This document shows, in pieces, positions 61,072 to 64,000 of a stretch of DNA of 64,000 bases (its first letter is position 1; every line of letters begins with the position of its first letter). Below the pieces are notes generated by a model. It ran no database searches. It was not told the origin of the DNA and worked only from the letters and a program-made list of their open reading frames with translations. Source of the DNA: Heptranchias perlo (taxonomy: Eukaryota); assembly GCF_035084215.1 (NCBI RefSeq), contig NC_090365.1, positions 2,668,001-2,732,000 on the forward strand. Reading direction: 5' to 3'. A program made the position numbers and the translations under genes.

Positions 61072-61502
61072 GAACTTGCATTTATATAGCGCCTTTCACA
61101 ACCTCAGGACGTCCCAAAGCGCTTTACAACCAATGAAATATTTTTGAAGTGTGCTCACTGTTGTAATGTAGGAAACGTGGCAGCCAATTTGCACACAGCA
61201 AGATCCCACAAACAGCAATGAGATAATGACCAGATCATCTGTTTCAGTGATGTTGGTCGAGGGATAAATATTGGCCCCAGGACACCGGGGAGAACTCCCC
61301 TGCTCTTTTTCGAAATAGTGGCCGTGGGATCTTTTACATCCACCCGAGAGGGCAGACGGGGCCTCGGTTTAACGTCTCGTCCAAAAGACGGCACCTCTGA
61401 CAGTGCGGCACTCCCTCAGTACTGGCACTGGGAGTGTCGGCCTGGGTTATGCGCTCAAGTCTGCGGAGCGGGGACTCGAACCCATGACCTTCTGACTCCG
61501 AG
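61072..61502 (-). mobile_element. Near full-length Deu-domain SINE in CKM intron 4
   Basis: Homologous to 18888-19364. Confidence 0.82.
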
Positions 61503-62544
61503 ACTGTGAAGTGGGTTCAGAGGGCAAGGGGGCCACTTACAAATGTACAAATAGTGTCGGGATTCAGCCAGTCCCATACACAGGCGTGATGCATCGGGAT
61601 GCAGACACTACCCACCCATACAGAGCCAAGAAATCTCCTGGGAGAGGCGCAAAAAGCAGAACCACTGCTTGAAGCAGGGCGAGCAGATGTAATTCAGTCG
61701 CTGGTTTAACATTTATTCTGTTTGTTTTTGATTTCGTATTATTGCTAAAGAGCAAAACGGACAGCAATGTGAGAAGCAGAGTGGGTTGGAATGTAGGGAA
61801 CTCTCTACAGTACATGCCAAGGAGCCAGGAGATGCAAAACTACATCGCCACCACTGGTGGGAGGGTGTAACTACAGCATGACATGTTTACATAGGGAGTT
61901 CCCATTATAACTTAAAGTAGAACAAACAAAAAAAATGTGACATCTGGAAGTAAAGTTTTGTAGACAGGAAGTGTGGGCAGATACTAGGCTTTTTAATGCA
62001 TAGATATCGCTTTTGGAGAATGTGCGATAAGATTGCTCGGGGAGATTTGTTGCAGGGAGTGATTGAGAGCAGGATATGGAGATTTCCACATTTTGGCGCT
62101 GGCTGGTCAAACAGCAATGTTCTTTCCCAGCCTGTTATGTTCCCATTTTCCTACCGGTAGCAAAAAAAAGGGAGTGACTCTGGTCCCTACTGGGGACATG
62201 TTCCCTCGTGTTTGCCTGTCTCTGATCGAGGAGGTTGGTGTGGATGATGGGAGATGTTAGATGGGCTAACTACAGGAGAGAAAGAAAGTGTTGTTTTCAA
62301 TGTACCGTTTGCTGTATTGTAAACTCTCCCCAGCACTCAAGATGGCAGCAATAGAGATGGCTGTTCTTGGCTTTCCCAGAAGCCCCACCTACCCAGAAAT
62401 GTCCCACAGAGTTGATAACACCAGTGAAGAATTGAGATGTTTGTAGCTGCATTGGATTTAACCAGGAAAGTTAAACAAGGAGGACCATTCGCTGCCACCA
62501 GATCAAGGAGCTTGCGTCTCCTTTGACTTTAAAAAAAATTTCAC

Positions 62545-62815
62545 TAGGGATGTGGGCGTCGCTGGTGAGGTCGACATTTATTGCCCATCCCTAATTGCCC
62601 TCGAGAAGGTGGTGGTGAGCCGCCTTCTTGAACCGCTGCAGTCCGTGTGGTGACGGTTCTCCCACAGTGCTGTTAGGGAGGGAGTTCCAGGATTGTGACC
62701 CAGCGACGATGGAGGAACGGCCGATATATTTCCAGGTCGGGATGGTGTGAGACTCGGAGGGTGGGTGTAGAGGTGATGGTGTCCCCGTGCACCTGCTGCC
62801 CTTGTCCTTCTGGGA
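62545..62815 (-). mobile_element. LINE (CR1/L2 group) 3' fragment of a further family
   Basis: SWNSLPNSTVG.P...GLQRFKKAAHHHLL followed by GGGCAATAAATG; related tail at about 35110-35185 (+). Confidence 0.65.
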
Positions 62816-62963
62816 GGAGCTGCCGACTGCATTTATTACAGGTCTGTTTTGCATCTACATGGACAAGGGTTTTTTTTATTGAAAATTTAAAGCAGGTGGA
62901 AGCAATTAACTGCCCGCCCGTTCTCCAGCTGCCTTCACGTCCCCGCACTGGCTGTTGACTTAC

Positions 62964-63096
62964 CAGTTATGCAGAGCTTCTCGATTAGACGCCGCTCTCC
63001 ACGGCTGCAGTGGGGAGGCAGGGCAATGCCCTTAACACTGCGGCCAGTTCTGACACGGCTGCTCAACACATAGTTGGGATCAAGGTCATCTCCACC
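62964..63096 (-). CDS. CKM: CKM exon 4 ([44 protein letters not shown])
   Basis: gtacag|...|gtaagt, 133 nt; translated by hand. Confidence 0.96.
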
Positions 63097-63814
63097 CTGT
63101 ACAACGTCAAAAAAAAAATTAGGTCATCCAAGGCTAACTTTCTAATCGTTTATTCTGTTAGAATCATACAGCACAGAAGGAGGCCAGTCGGCCCATCGTG
63201 GCTGTGCCAGCTCGTTGAAAGAGCTGTCCAAGCAAAAATTTCCCACTGGGAGCATGAAACCGCAAGACAAGTCCCTCTTAGGCTCACAGTTCAGGTTATA
63301 ATTTTAGTTCCATTTTACTGGACTGAGAAGATCCTGCCCTTTGACCTGCCAAGAGGACCGATTAAAAACCAATGTCTACAAAGCCTAACTGTCTCCAAGA
63401 TCAGAATACCGATCCCATATTGGTGAAGGCTCCTTTAACACTGCTTTGCTGCTCCTGTACAGGGTACAAGGAAAACTTGATCTTTCTCTCATCTCTCACC
63501 TCCAATCAATCTCTGTTGCATCCTATCTTATCTGCTTCTCATTCCTCCCAGCTTTATGTATCCTCCCTGTGTTGAAATTAAGACACATTAAACTCAATTT
63601 TTGCTACGATCTCAAAGCTATGGAACTCCTGATCACCTTCAGTTTTCTTTCCTCCTACAATCTGGAGGCTCTCAAAACCAAAGCTTGGTGTCAACTAACC
63701 ACCAATAGTTGATTTATTTCATTGTCTTTTCAATCTTGGTGTTGTCCTGGTCTGCAGACGCTGGCCCTTTGCCCAAAAGGAAAGAAAGAGACAGAGAGAA
63801 TCCTCCCCACAAAC

Positions 63815-63969
63815 CTTCAGATTCTCATGGTTCAGGTCAGTCTTGTGCTTGTCAGTTGGTTTGTAGCCACCGTGACGGTCCTGAATGACGGGGTCAAACA
63901 GGCCCTTGAACACCTCATAGGACTCCTCGTCACCAGCAACGCAGCCCACAGTCATGATGAAGGGATGAC
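63815..63969 (-). CDS. CKM: CKM exon 3 ([17 protein letters not shown]...LNHENLK)
   Basis: cttcag|...|gtttgt on - strand, 155 nt. Confidence 0.96.
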
Positions 63970-64000
63970 CTGAAGGACACCAACGAAACCCATTACCACA

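Larger units (their letters stand above)
56833..63969 (-). other. CKM: Creatine kinase M-type gene, visible span of exons 3-8; exons 1-2 lie beyond the window end
   Basis: Six GT-AG exons of 155/133/172/124/190/179 nt, matching the vertebrate cytosolic CK structure. NEEDHLR and CPSNLGTG motifs; C-terminus DDLMPAQK*. M-type residues such as [10 protein letters not shown] and RRFCVGL. Confidence 0.93.

Overview
Vertebrate genomic DNA, very probably from a cartilaginous fish: the creatine kinase resembles Torpedo CK-M as I recall it, and the repeats are shark-type CR1, L2 and Deu-SINE. Two spliced genes converge tail-to-tail. On the + strand is a MARK-family kinase, most likely MARK4. Fifteen exons are visible (human-equivalent exons 4-18, 13028-43616); the 5' exons lie upstream of the window. 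On the - strand is muscle creatine kinase CKM, exons 3-8 (63969-56833), also 5'-incomplete. The introns and intergenic DNA are dense with CR1 and L2 LINE fragments (one CR1 ORF2 copy has a single nonsense codon), Deu-domain SINEs, a hAT-type MITE family with 8-bp TSDs, a Penelope terminal fragment and several long mini/microsatellites. The long ORFs in the supplied track are translations of these satellites. Main points of interest: (1) the frameshifting MARK4S/MARK4L switch with dual-frame terminal exons appears fully intact here; (2) nearby alternative acceptors could restore the KA1 frame; (3) a minimal hammerhead ribozyme motif at 53776-53814 (-); (4) a ~150-nt intronic foldback hairpin; (5) kilobase-scale satellites that are all A-poor on the MARK4 sense strand. 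Comparisons with human or Torpedo sequences are from memory, not from a search. Repeat boundaries are approximate; exon boundaries were read from the splice sites.
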